Assembly (NCBI GenBank): GCA_000934665.2
Contig: KZ538175.1
Location: 124,001 to 158,412, forward strand
DNA: 34,412 nt
Source: Catajapyx aquilonaris
Taxonomy: Eukaryota
Direction: 5' to 3'
The notes under the pieces were generated by a model that saw nothing but the letters and a program-made list of their open reading frames with translations, was not told the origin of the DNA and made no database searches. The stretch's first letter is position 1, and the number at the start of each line of letters is the position of its first letter. Below are positions 23,601 through 34,223 of this stretch, piece by piece. The position numbers and the translations under genes were made by a program.

Positions 23601-26236
23601 CCATGAAATGGCAATATCAGTGGTAAATACAAATCTGTGCTCTTCACTGGCCAAATATTTCAAAATGGCGCCTGTCAAATGTAGGTTGCCGTGCATTGTA
23701 GCCATTAAGGAAGTGCGGGGGTATTGCCTTTCATTTCCCCCCTCTCGCATATCATTTTTAATTTTCTTGCCCAGGTAGTGTTCGCTATCCATCATAGTTG
23801 CTGGAGCAGGTATTGACGTGGGCGCATTATATTGCATGCATGTAGCAGACGCCCATGAAGCCTATCCTATTCCACTACAGCATACGGAGCTATGAGGGAG
23901 GAAAAAAAGCTCGCTCTAGGGGGTGAGGAAAAATCTTAATGAATATTTCGTGTAGTGGGAGCAACTCCGGGATATCAATTATCACAAAGAGGCTCATTTG
24001 CATTAAAATCTCATAAATCGGAGCTTTTCATGACAAAAAAAGAGCTTTATATCATTTGTTTTTCAATCGGGGACCAACATTTCATTCGTAGTTTGATGAA
24101 AACAATCCCTTCAAAAATTTGGGATGCTATACACACGATATTTGCCTGGGATATACTACCTGCACCGTCCATATACAAACCGGATCCAATATTCCCCCAC
24201 TCCTTCTGCTCAAAATTTTCTCTCAGCCAAGACCGTTTTTTTCCCCTGTTTCATGCAATTCTGGTCACGTTATTTCTCTCTCCTTGTAGAGCCCAGCCGT
24301 GCCATAAATGTATGGTGGACGTGACATGACGTCGCCAATGACTCATCCATACTTTTGAGCAACAATTACAATTCGTCCATTGTTAATGCAATAATCCGTA
24401 ACAAGAGACAACTACAACGTGATGGTCGCAGCCTGCAATAAAACTCAATAACTTGGTTCTTAGAACCATAGATCGTCATGATCGTCATTGCTTGAAACCC
24501 CTAATCAGATATCTAAGGTGAAATTAAAGTCCGATAGAACAGTCCAGTCCTACGTCCCCTAGTCCGGCATCATTGTTTGAGAGTTTGGAGTAGGTCCAAT
24601 AAATGATGTGCCAACCATGCATCTTCACCCAACTAATCGGCTTTCATATTGCCCCCGAAACCGCATAATGTCCTCTAAAAGGTCAACGTGATTCACGGAT
24701 GAGAAGCGATGAGAAATTAGCATTCCAATTAGCACCGAGAATTTAATTTGTCATGTTTGTACCTGCTTAGCGTTCCTCAACGTGTGACGATCGTCAGCAA
24801 TCAATTACCTCCGCCCCGGAGCCACCGAACGTGATTGGCAATCGAAACTATTCGACCACTTCCACCTCTCCAACTTAACGACGTCAGTGTCCAAGAACCC
24901 ACTCAATGTCTACAGTAGGCTATATAGCTAGAAGCCACTGCGTAATATGCTACTACACATGATAACTCCAAAAATAAAGTAATAAATTATGATACAGGCT
25001 CATATTATAAGCTTGATAACAGGAACATCAGTTGTTTTTACACCGGTTGAGTGCAAGCAGTGCTCGTATAAGCCATGGTCAACTATTGTTTGGCTGAAAT
25101 TTGAGTACTTACATGCTGGAACTTATTTCTTATCGGTGAACATACTCGTATATCCTGGATAGCTAGACGGGCTTGGGTCGAAGGGCAAGGTTAGGAACTG
25201 CATGGGTGCGAAACAGAGACGGAATGACAGAGAAGAGTTGTCGTAACTACCTTTATTTTGAAGGAGCAAAACAAGTGCAACGGCGTACCTCAGACGTATC
25301 ATGATACAGGAATCTGACGAGTTTAGGGATTTAGCGTACCGGGTTGAATATCTTGCGTTAACCTAATGACCATGATCGACTTTACCACAGAAAAGACCAT
25401 TTCCTAGGGCGACCCTGCTAATTACCAGGCAATATTAGTATACTTTCGACGAAAACTGACTACCCCGTCAGAATCATCAACTTTCCTGCAACTTTAGAGT
25501 GCTAAGTTGACCTAGGGGGCAGGGACCATTTATAATTATACCTTTTTAGCAGACCACACCGATCCAGTTACGTTATTTGATATCATAAAGTGTGAATCAG
25601 GATTGGAGTGCAAGCTGATGATATTATATCAAGCAGATGTCAGGGTTACGTCTTCTAACTTAGAGTGAGCTTAATTAAGTAACAGTTAGGCGATAGTTTA
25701 GGTAAGCACATGATCATAATCTAGAACAAATTCAAAATTCAAAATTCTCAGAGGCATATTAGTTTCTCGAATTTGATAATAGCAGGAGCCGAAATCGGAG
25801 GTGGTGCGTGTAGTGGGTAAGTTCTATAGTGTGGTCTCCCGATGTTATGAGTAGCTCATTATAAATACCGCCTGCTTATTGCATTGTGCGAAAGGTCAAA
25901 AATACCGAATCATAGATTCCCGTTTATATGTTGATTCGCTAACATCCCCTTTAAATCTGCCGCACTTCTCAGCTCTCCTACTAGCATTCACTATTGAAAC
26001 AGGCCTGACGTTCTCCAAGTTCTATTTGCTTGATACTGCTACGCATGAACTCGTCGGGGAGGAAAAAAGGCTTCAAGGAAATGTAGCTTCTTCACCAAGA
26101 AAGTACTTTACCTAAGACTTCACCGAGAATGAACCTTTATAATATTATTGCGAAATGCCTTAAAATCACTGATATGTCCACAATTATTATTGAGTTCAAC
26201 TAAGTTATTGTAATTGTTATTCTTGTTCTTATTATT

Positions 26237-26237
<1 letters not shown>

Positions 26238-26284
<47 letters not shown>
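26238..26284. repeat. (TTG)15 microsatellite preceded by a short (TTA)n
   Basis: Direct reading. Confidence 0.95.
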
Positions 26285-26882
26285 AATTTAATTATTTTGT
26301 AAAAAATAAAGTCTGATGTTGACTGTATTGATTATCCATTATGATTATTGCCTTTTTCAGCCTCATGCAAGGATGAGTGCTATTTTCTTGATATATGCTG
26401 CTATCTTGCACAACTGAGGTCATAGTTCATATTATTATTACATGGTGGACCAACTCGGTAATGAGGACGCTTTTGCCACTGTCCCATTGGTATACTACAG
26501 GTTTTGGCCACATCTGACAATTCCATCTCAACTGTAATTTATTATCGAAATCGCAATTTTCTGAAAGAGTGCGACTACCTATAGTCTCAGCTTTCAATCC
26601 TGAAGGAGCTTCAATTTGTAACAGCGGGGTCTGACATTCAAACATCTCGTACGCTTCCAATGAAATCCTGCAAAATCGATAAGAAATCGAGAGGTTTAGA
26701 ATGAATCAGTATGAAATGAAGATTATCTCCAGAAATAGGTAAGAGACCAAGTAACGAGGATTCAATATTAGATATCAAATTCGACGTTAACTTACAGATA
26801 TCAAGTTATGCCTAGTTGTGAGCCAATATAATAACAAATACTTGGCAATGCCAATTATTCTGACTGTATTACAGGCAACTAA

Positions 26883-27149
26883 GGGCGACATGGTGGCCGA
26901 GCGGTTAGAGCCGCAGCCTTCCACCTCTAAGGTCCCGAGTTCGATCCCCGGGTCGGACGGAGGATACTTATGTGGATAGAGTTTCGATGGGTTCTCTCCG
27001 TGTTCGCGTGGGTTTTCTCGGGGTTCTCCCGTTTCCTCCCGCAATCAAAATCCATCACATTACAGGCAAATGATTAAAGTCGGTCTATTAAAAGATGATC
27101 CCCTAAGAGGCCCAAGGGGCCTATCACGGGGTATCCATTATTATTATTA
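26883..27149 (+). mobile_element. tRNA-derived SINE with V-SINE-type central core, (ATT)n tail and 15-bp target-site duplication
   Basis: Pol III A box TGGCCGAGCGG (26894-26904) and B box GTTCGATCC (26939-26947). The core TTCTCTCCGTGTTCGCGTGGGTTTTCTCGGGGTTCTCCCGTTTCCTCCCGCA resembles the V-SINE conserved domain as I recall it (not database-checked). 3' stem-loop AGGCCC-aag-GGGCCT (27108-27122), short (ATT)n tail, and identical flanks TATTACAGGCAACTA at 26867-26881 and 27145-27159. Confidence 0.9.
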
Positions 27150-28667
27150 CAGGCAACTACCGACTTACGCAGCCTTGATTTACGTAGATGAGGACTTAAC
27201 TTTTAAAAATTCCGACATGCGAAAAAAATCTACGAAATTGACGGAACAAACTGGTAACGTATGAAATGCCGCCAATTTCAAAATTAAAGTGTGAAATTGA
27301 AACGCAGTGCAACTCTAACCTGCCCGCCTATAGGCTCATTCCCTCACCCAGTTTACAGGCAATAGGTCATTTGCGCCCCTGTTCTGGGCCTTGCAGGATA
27401 CATCTCTTCCCATTCTCAAAGGCCTCAATTGAATACGACAGTCAATACAGTATTGTGAAGAGTAGGTCTACAGTATACTGTACTTTGGGCTGTAGGGCCA
27501 AGCTAGGTCAGCTCCCTATAGAGCTGAAAAAAGTATAAGTTGTATATGATAAAAAGAAAGTTCCTATATAGTTACGTGATATTCGACTTACGCATAATGT
27601 TGCGGAACGATCCACTTACTTAAGTCGGGGGCTGCTGTATACGGTTTTTCGTACAAAAGAGTCAAAGGCAGACTATATGCAAGCCTGCAAACTTTGATAA
27701 TTTTTAACCCACTAATTTCCAACAAGTAACAGCTGTTTTGCAACATGTACTTTTCAGGTAACAACATTCTTAGGGAAACTTGTACCTCGTAAAGGGTGGG
27801 TAGGCCTAAGGGTACGTTCTGTGCACACAACCACATCTTCTGCCTAAGTGAACTTTAGAAGATCAATTTTAGATATGAAATTGAGCTAAAATTTACCTGA
27901 GCCCAAGAAGTGGCTGTGTGTACAGACCAGTAGGCTTATAATGGGGCGTTAGACCTACTGGTCTGTGCAGTAACTACACTTGCCCCTCATTATATATATA
28001 ATAAACTAACATTTCACCTGCATGATACAAAACCTAAGCGTTCAATATTTTAATCCTATAATCATCTACTGTAGTAACTACTTGAACAAGCTACTGCCTT
28101 ACGACTCGCTCGACTGGTTGGCATTTACATCGATAGTGCTACTCTACACCCTCGGTAGTTCCATCAGGACAATACAAAACTCAACTCTGGTTCTTGAAAA
28201 TGTTGGTCTTTTGGTAAGGGTGGTAGTCAGTGGTGGGCGAGCGACCGCCCCAACAATCCTCTGTAGGGAGTCCCAAGGTCGACTCCCCTCACCATCCCCC
28301 TCCATCTCTCCCTTCCCCGAGTGACCCCTCACGTTTGCCCCGGGGCTAGTCTTCAATCTGGGCATTGTGCAGCCACCAGTCCAGCCGCCATACAATCCAC
28401 CCAGCTTCTTTTTCCAGCTCTGCAGCTGCGTGGACGACCACCAGGGATATATCCCACATATTTTACATTCGCCATGCTGTACCTGGTCCACCATTCCAAT
28501 ACTAAACATATAGGGGTAAAGCAGGTGATTACATGCACCCAAATGTGTTCGAATGTGGACCAACCAGAGGGCTTATCGGCACGTTACATATGTGTATATC
28601 AAGTACGGAGATAATGCTGCTAAAGCCACTGCGTGTTGGTGTGACGCGCTAACGCTGGACCCATGTT

Positions 28668-28713
28668 GTGGCCGGTTGCGGTTACTGTCATCAGAATCTT
28701 CGGTTCGATCCCC
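28668..28713 (+). mobile_element. degenerate tRNA-like SINE head
   Basis: A-box-like GTGGCCGGTTGCGGTTA (28668-28684) and exact B box GGTTCGATCCC (28702-28712). Spacing is short and no tail or TSD is seen. Confidence 0.35.
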
Positions 28714-31700
28714 GTATCAAACCTCGATCTGTTTCTGGGTGTGGTCGTGTCTGGCAGATTTTCAAGGCATTTCCCCCCCCCCCTGCTCCAGAATTCCTAA
28801 AATCCGCATGTGGAATGTCAGAATGAAGGACAAAATTGGTTCATGTCCACGTTTCGCGTAACATAAGTGTACCTGCATTATTAAATTTTAAAAAGTGTAA
28901 ATTGGCAGGGCAGGACACCGTGACTGTTCGGAAGAAATGGGGAGGAAAATTGCTCCAGGGGTGGGTTGTATTTAAAAACAACAACAAAAAAAACAAAAAA
29001 ATCTGGCACGCGAAAGACTCGGTATTCAAACTGTGCGCGTCACGTGAGGGCAACACGTGCAGACCAATCATGTATACCTGCTATGATGAACTCTGGAGAA
29101 ATTATATCATGCAATATTGACAATGTCCAGCACGGATATAAGAGACCTGCAGCACCTCTCCCCTCTCCAGTCCAATCATCCATCACCGCCCAAGGTTAGC
29201 AATGATATGAACCATAATGGCTCTCATCAGATACACTAACCTCATTTATCGTCCAATTGGCCACCAAGATTGTCCGAAACCTTTTTCAACCAATGGGTAA
29301 GATTCTGAATGCCATCAGACCTGAAAAAAGCTTTCCTTGAAATGGCTATTTTGTTCAACATCTTCCCAGTCTGTGGCTGGTCATTGACAACACTGGTGAC
29401 CGCGTCCTATGCGCAACGAATGAGAACACTTCTGTACACGTTGAGGAATCTTCAGTGATATTGTGGCTTGGAAGGGGAAGGGAATTGTTGTTCTCCGTTT
29501 ATTTTTTCCCATCTTCATGCAATCCGCGTGGGAAATGACAATACTGCGGCATAAAATAACATCGTCAAAGCTGTGGTACCCACGCTTGTTGAGATGTTCC
29601 AATAATATAGCACTTTTGTTCAAACTTATGTATTGTGCCTCTAGGAGAGTTTTAAAATTACAAACATTTTCCAGTTTTAGGGCCGCGGGGATCCTTCATG
29701 TCGGATGTCATATAAACGTACCGGAGTTTGTACCGTCACTGTACAGTACTGGAAGTTACATACAGTGCATTTCACACATGGAGAGGAAGTGAACGGGTGA
29801 CACATAATGGGCTCTGACTGCATCCCCTCCAGTAAAAGTTCCGGCTCTAGTTCGAATCTCTATTCCTCTCATGGTGATGAGATATTCCGCTCTTAAGCTA
29901 ATGCATGCAAACGAAATTCAGTATAAGAGACGAATTTCGCGCAAATTATCTCTGCCGCGTGTGTCATGTTGAATTTGGCAGACATGCCCGAGATCATACA
30001 AAGGGTTCTCTTTCATAGCAGATGGCGATATAGTATAGAGTCGCTGGACATACCACGTTTTAAAAAATGTTGAAAATCACAAAGCCATATTGTTCGAAAG
30101 AGTATATAGTCCACACCAACTGTACGGAAAACTTGGGATTACGAGTATATCAAGTTTATACTTTGCCTGCAATACAGCTCGTGCTACAAAATTGTCTCAT
30201 ACGATTTCGTTGTAATTCACAGAAAGCCACGAGTGCCGCTTAAATTTACATTTCAAAGCTAAAAGCGCGGTTGTGTTATCAAATTGTAATTTGCCACTAC
30301 AGCATCGGAATATCACCTGCTCACTTCCCTTTCAATCAATAGGCCATCCGATGGTGATCATTACTATTCTGACAGTGAAAACTTTCAATATAGGCGTCAT
30401 ACACCTTTCCTTCAGAACGAATGCCATTTGTAACTCGTTGCTATGCGCTTTTGAGCCAGGTATTTCAAACCCTTTCAGATATCCTCCTACTTGTATAACT
30501 TGACTCTCCCACAACCGCATGAATTTCGAACGATAACTGTGGTCAATATAAAACCCAGCATCAGTTGGTATCTGGCAGATAATGGCATTCACAAAAAAAT
30601 ATCACAGCACCCAGTACTACTCTACAGATTCGTAACCAGGATTCCTTTCTTGGTAGGGGGAGTGGTGGAAAAACTTCTTGGAGGGACCGACTTCCCTCTC
30701 ATCCCTCAAAAAAAAGAAAGAAAAAAAACGCAGCAGCATCATGTAAAAAAGTGGTATAGAAAGGCCGACAGTTCTCTAAAATATTTTCCTGAGCAAGTGA
30801 TATTCATACATATTTTGGCGCACGTTTTCGATTCGATAACAAATCTGCTGGTAAATGTCTGCCCTGAGGCATGATCCGAATCAAAGTTCTAAGACGAATT
30901 GGGTAATAAGTCAGCACATAATAGTAAGGTCAAATTTCCAGGCAGCCCACCTAGAAAGTAGACCTTACCGACATGTGCAGATGAGTTGTTTTTCAAAAGT
31001 ACTGCAGAATAGGTCTCGCCAATGTTATACAGTACCGTATATAATTAATAACATAGCAGGAACTTTCATTAGTCATTGTCGCATCATGTTGATGCTGCAT
31101 GTTTTATGTTGATGTTGCATCAACATTTTATTCAAACAGAAAACGTTACATAAATAGAACAGTAGAAACTGGGTAATGACACGTTTCATTATGATAGCAA
31201 CATGGTGTAACATTGCTCCCCTAACCGTGTCACAAACAAAATTAAACTTTGAATCTGCGGCAGAGAAACTAACTAGGAGAAGCTAGGCGTACTAATCGGA
31301 ACAACTGTGGCTTCTCATGTCATTACAATTTTGGCAATGGTAATCCAATGCAGCTGCACATCTGCTAAAAGTTTATCCATAAATATGTCACATAATTCAG
31401 CATTTAGCTGCCTATCTGCAACACTCCTTCGATTTTTATAGAATAATATTATCGAGCCATAAATTTTTTGTTACATGCATATTACGATGCCGCAGGAAAT
31501 GCGAATGGCTCATTTGAGTCAATCCTATTGGTTCATTTTCCATAATGAGACCTTTATTGTGAATAATGCTTTTGACTAATAATGTTTACAAATCGTAGTC
31601 ACAAATCCTAATCAGCGGCTTTATTTAGCCCATCAAAATTTCAGGTCCTATCAACTAATAATATAGTGCAGGCGAGAAACATAAACCAAAGACTACCGAG

Positions 31701-32318
31701 TAATGTTGCGTCAATTTCGACAAGTTTTCCCGAGCATAACCTGCGACGCTGCGAGTGACACTACCTTCCGCATGTGTGATACGTGCGGTATGTGCTGCAA
31801 GTAGCGGCACTCACAGGATATACCGCAAACACACTTGACAGCTTTACCTAGTGTATGATATCAGAGTTATGCAACCGACTGGAAAGGTTATTGCCTTATT
31901 AACACATACACTGTTTACAATGCATGTCTACGCTCTAGATGTGGTCCAGGCCACGCGTCACTGTGCATATCTGCATAATAACAATCAACACATGCAAGTG
32001 CACCGAGATCCTGATTATCCATGCTTTCACACACAATAATTAAGCCGTTAATGTGGCTAATGAAACATGTGTCGCTACTTAACCATGCCGGCTCGTTACC
32101 GGCACAGCAGAAGAAATCTTGAGCTATTGACAATCCCCATTCTTCCAACCCCACTGTCACTTTCATGCAATTAACAGGACTGTCCGCCTCAAGTTATCTT
32201 AGCTTCAAAGCGTGGGAAATTTTAAATTTGGATTCGATCACACGGCACACGCACATGCATTAGACCCGAAGACACTTTCTTCTTGAAAAATACACTTGCT
32301 AGCACTAATGGTCCTTAC

Positions 32319-32358
32319 CTGCCAGAAGCAGCGTCCAGACCACGGTCCACCAGCTCAT
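32319..32358 (-). CDS. putative first coding exon encoding the start of a signal peptide (MSWWTVVWTLLLA + 1 nt, phase-1 intron) of an unidentified secreted or membrane protein
   Basis: Minus strand reads gtagaag-ATG AGC TGG TGG ACC GTG GTC TGG ACG CTG CTT CTG GCA G|GTAAGG. There is an A at -3, an in-frame TAG two codons upstream, a hydrophobic peptide, a consensus donor CAG|GTAAG, and a GC-rich island directly upstream. No homology evidence. Confidence 0.4.
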
Positions 32359-32980
32359 CTTCTACCGGCTCGAGTACAGTACATATGCCTATATAAACAC
32401 CACGTGCGCCACGAAGCATTCACCCGGCGAGGGATGTCAGGGTTTCAAGTCAGTCGGCATCCCCAGTTGTCACCAGAAGCGGCGGCTGGATGTCCCCCAT
32501 GGCCCCCAACAATGCTTCTTCGGCGGTGCGGACCCGCTCGCGGAAGGAGGGCGGCATGCACCCTCCGGCAGCCACGGCTCAACACTCGTGGGGGTATGGG
32601 GTAGACAACCCGGGTCTATCGGTTCGTTATTTCTGCGCCCGCCAGGTCCGCCACACTACATGCTTCCGACCGAAAAGTAGTGCCAACCACAAACCGGCAA
32701 CATGGAGGGACCCTAGGGGCCTTCTGGCGCCTAGGATGGCTTGGTCTGGATGGATGGGGTAGTTGGGGAGGGACTATGGCCGGCTCAGAGGAGGATTAGG
32801 GGGCAGGTGGTTTCAAATTTGCTATTGTGAAGTTGCCGGTCCGGGATCCTTCCGCGGCCAACGGCACCCATTCGCCAGGTATAATTGGACTGGTTTGGGG
32901 AACATGCCCGGCATCTGTCGGGAGGGGAACTAACTTGCTCTTGGATTGGTGGCGGCACAGGAAAGCCCTCGCCGCCAGAT
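32330..32980. promoter_or_regulatory. GC/CpG-rich promoter-like island
   Basis: Visibly higher GC and CpG density than the flanks. Contains GGGCGG (32549-32554), two ATTGG/CCAAT boxes (about 32884 and 32945), E-box CACGTG (32401-32406) and TATATAAA (32390-32397), and abuts the candidate ATG exon. Confidence 0.4.
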
Positions 32981-33762
32981 TCATATGGTCACTACTATTG
33001 GATTGTCAAATGTTAGTCAAACTGCTTCACAGTCTCACCATGATTATTAAAATGTGCTCCACTAAGCCATATGATAGGTTACACGCTGCTACTTTATTTC
33101 AAATTAAAGGCATTCATTAATCATTTCTTATCGCATGTGTTCGTGGCCGTTCAATCGTTCATTACAGGATTTCAACGGCATCCAATAAATGCACGGAGTA
33201 GGCCTACTGTTACTAATGAATGCTATGAACTCAATGACATTAGGGCATTTTTGCCGTAACGAACCAAGGTTCGGACGATTTTTTCAAACTTTCATTGCAA
33301 TTTTCCATGCTTGTGGAAAACCTTTGGAAATTCTGTTTTTTTCTATCGAGTTCCAGGTACAGACAGCTGCATTTTGCCACAAATCCGACGCAAATGTATC
33401 ATTCGATAGCTCCAGAGGAGCGAGAATAAACACGACGGTAACGAACCAAAGTTTTGAGGACACGCATTTCTACACCGGGTTACACTGCGTAATATCCATG
33501 CGAATTCTAAGTGGTTGTGATGGCAGGATAGAGTCATAGAGATGCTCTAGAGAAGAAAAGTGCGAGGAATCCATTGCTCACCTTGCCGTACCGGTATCTG
33601 CTTTTCTTTGCATATCACAAAGTCTAAAAATTGCATTATTTTGCTAATGCTGGGTATAGGACCCTTTGTCAGTTCATGGCGTGAACAGTTTGATAAAGAA
33701 AAACGCATTTTGAAAAATTTTAAAGACGTCGGTTAGGGCTTACATTAATAATACCAACAATT

Positions 33763-33880
33763 TAATAATAATCATAATCATAATCATCATAATCATCATC
33801 ATCATAATCATAATAATCATCATCATCATAATCATAATAATCACAATAATCATCATCATCATCATAATAATCATCATAAT
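33763..33880. repeat. compound (ATC/ATA)n trinucleotide repeat
   Basis: About 118 nt of interleaved ATC and ATA units in one register. Confidence 0.95.
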
Positions 33881-34174
33881 GTCGTTGATGATGAAATTTT
33901 TGGTATTATTAAATTTTTTTGCTTCCTCAAGTCTATAGATGTGTAAACTTCTTCCTGCTTTCTAACCTCTACTAGTAGATTCCTTCCCACCTCTTCGTAT
34001 GCGGCAATATTGCTGGAATTGGCGAGAAAACAAATTCTAACAATAAACGCTTCCGGTACCTCACACTTCGAGACGAGGAATTTGTGGCCTAATGCACCTG
34101 AAATAAGAGTCATGTGCAGAAGAATTTTTCACTACACCCTTCTGGGCTGTCGTGATTTTTTTTTTCAGAAGCAC

Positions 34175-34223
34175 TAGTCTATTGGTGAGCCAGCCAGCCA
34201 GGCCGAAGTTCGGAGTTCAAATC
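34175..34223 (+). mobile_element. possible decayed tRNA-like SINE head
   Basis: A-box-like TAGTCTATTGG (34175-34185) and B-box-like GAGTTCAAATC (34213-34223); nothing else supports it. Confidence 0.25.

Noticed and set aside
26427..26690. Minus-strand exon after the acceptor ttcttatcgattttgcAG (about 26669)
   Set aside because: The frame compatible with the signal-peptide exon hits a stop, the open frame has no recognisable product, and no strong donor follows.
26883..26958. tRNA gene (Gly-like, CTTCCA loop)
   Set aside because: The acceptor and anticodon stems do not pair, and the sequence continues into a SINE core, tail and TSD.
28353..28538. RTE-type LINE C-terminal remnant (GGRPR...SWVDC)
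   Set aside because: Motif spacing is atypical and there is no adjacent RT similarity or tail.
29200..29236. Hammerhead ribozyme on the minus strand (CTGATGA + stem GAGCCA/TGGTTC)
   Set aside because: The obligatory GAAA after stem II is absent (ATAT instead) and stems I and III are not evident. The other CTGATGA sites checked also lack the core.
31330..31370. miR-182-like sequence TTTGGCAATGGTA
   Set aside because: Similarity is limited to the first 13 nt and no full pre-miRNA hairpin forms.
32211..32244. Su(H)/CSL paired site (CGTGGGAA ... ATCACACG)
   Set aside because: The second half-site is mismatched and the 18-nt spacer exceeds the usual 15-17 nt.
767..34113. The supplied six-frame ORFs (61-147 aa) as standalone genes
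   Set aside because: All are short, overlap each other on both strands, often start at TTG/GTG, and show no recognisable domain. This is what random non-coding eukaryotic DNA produces.
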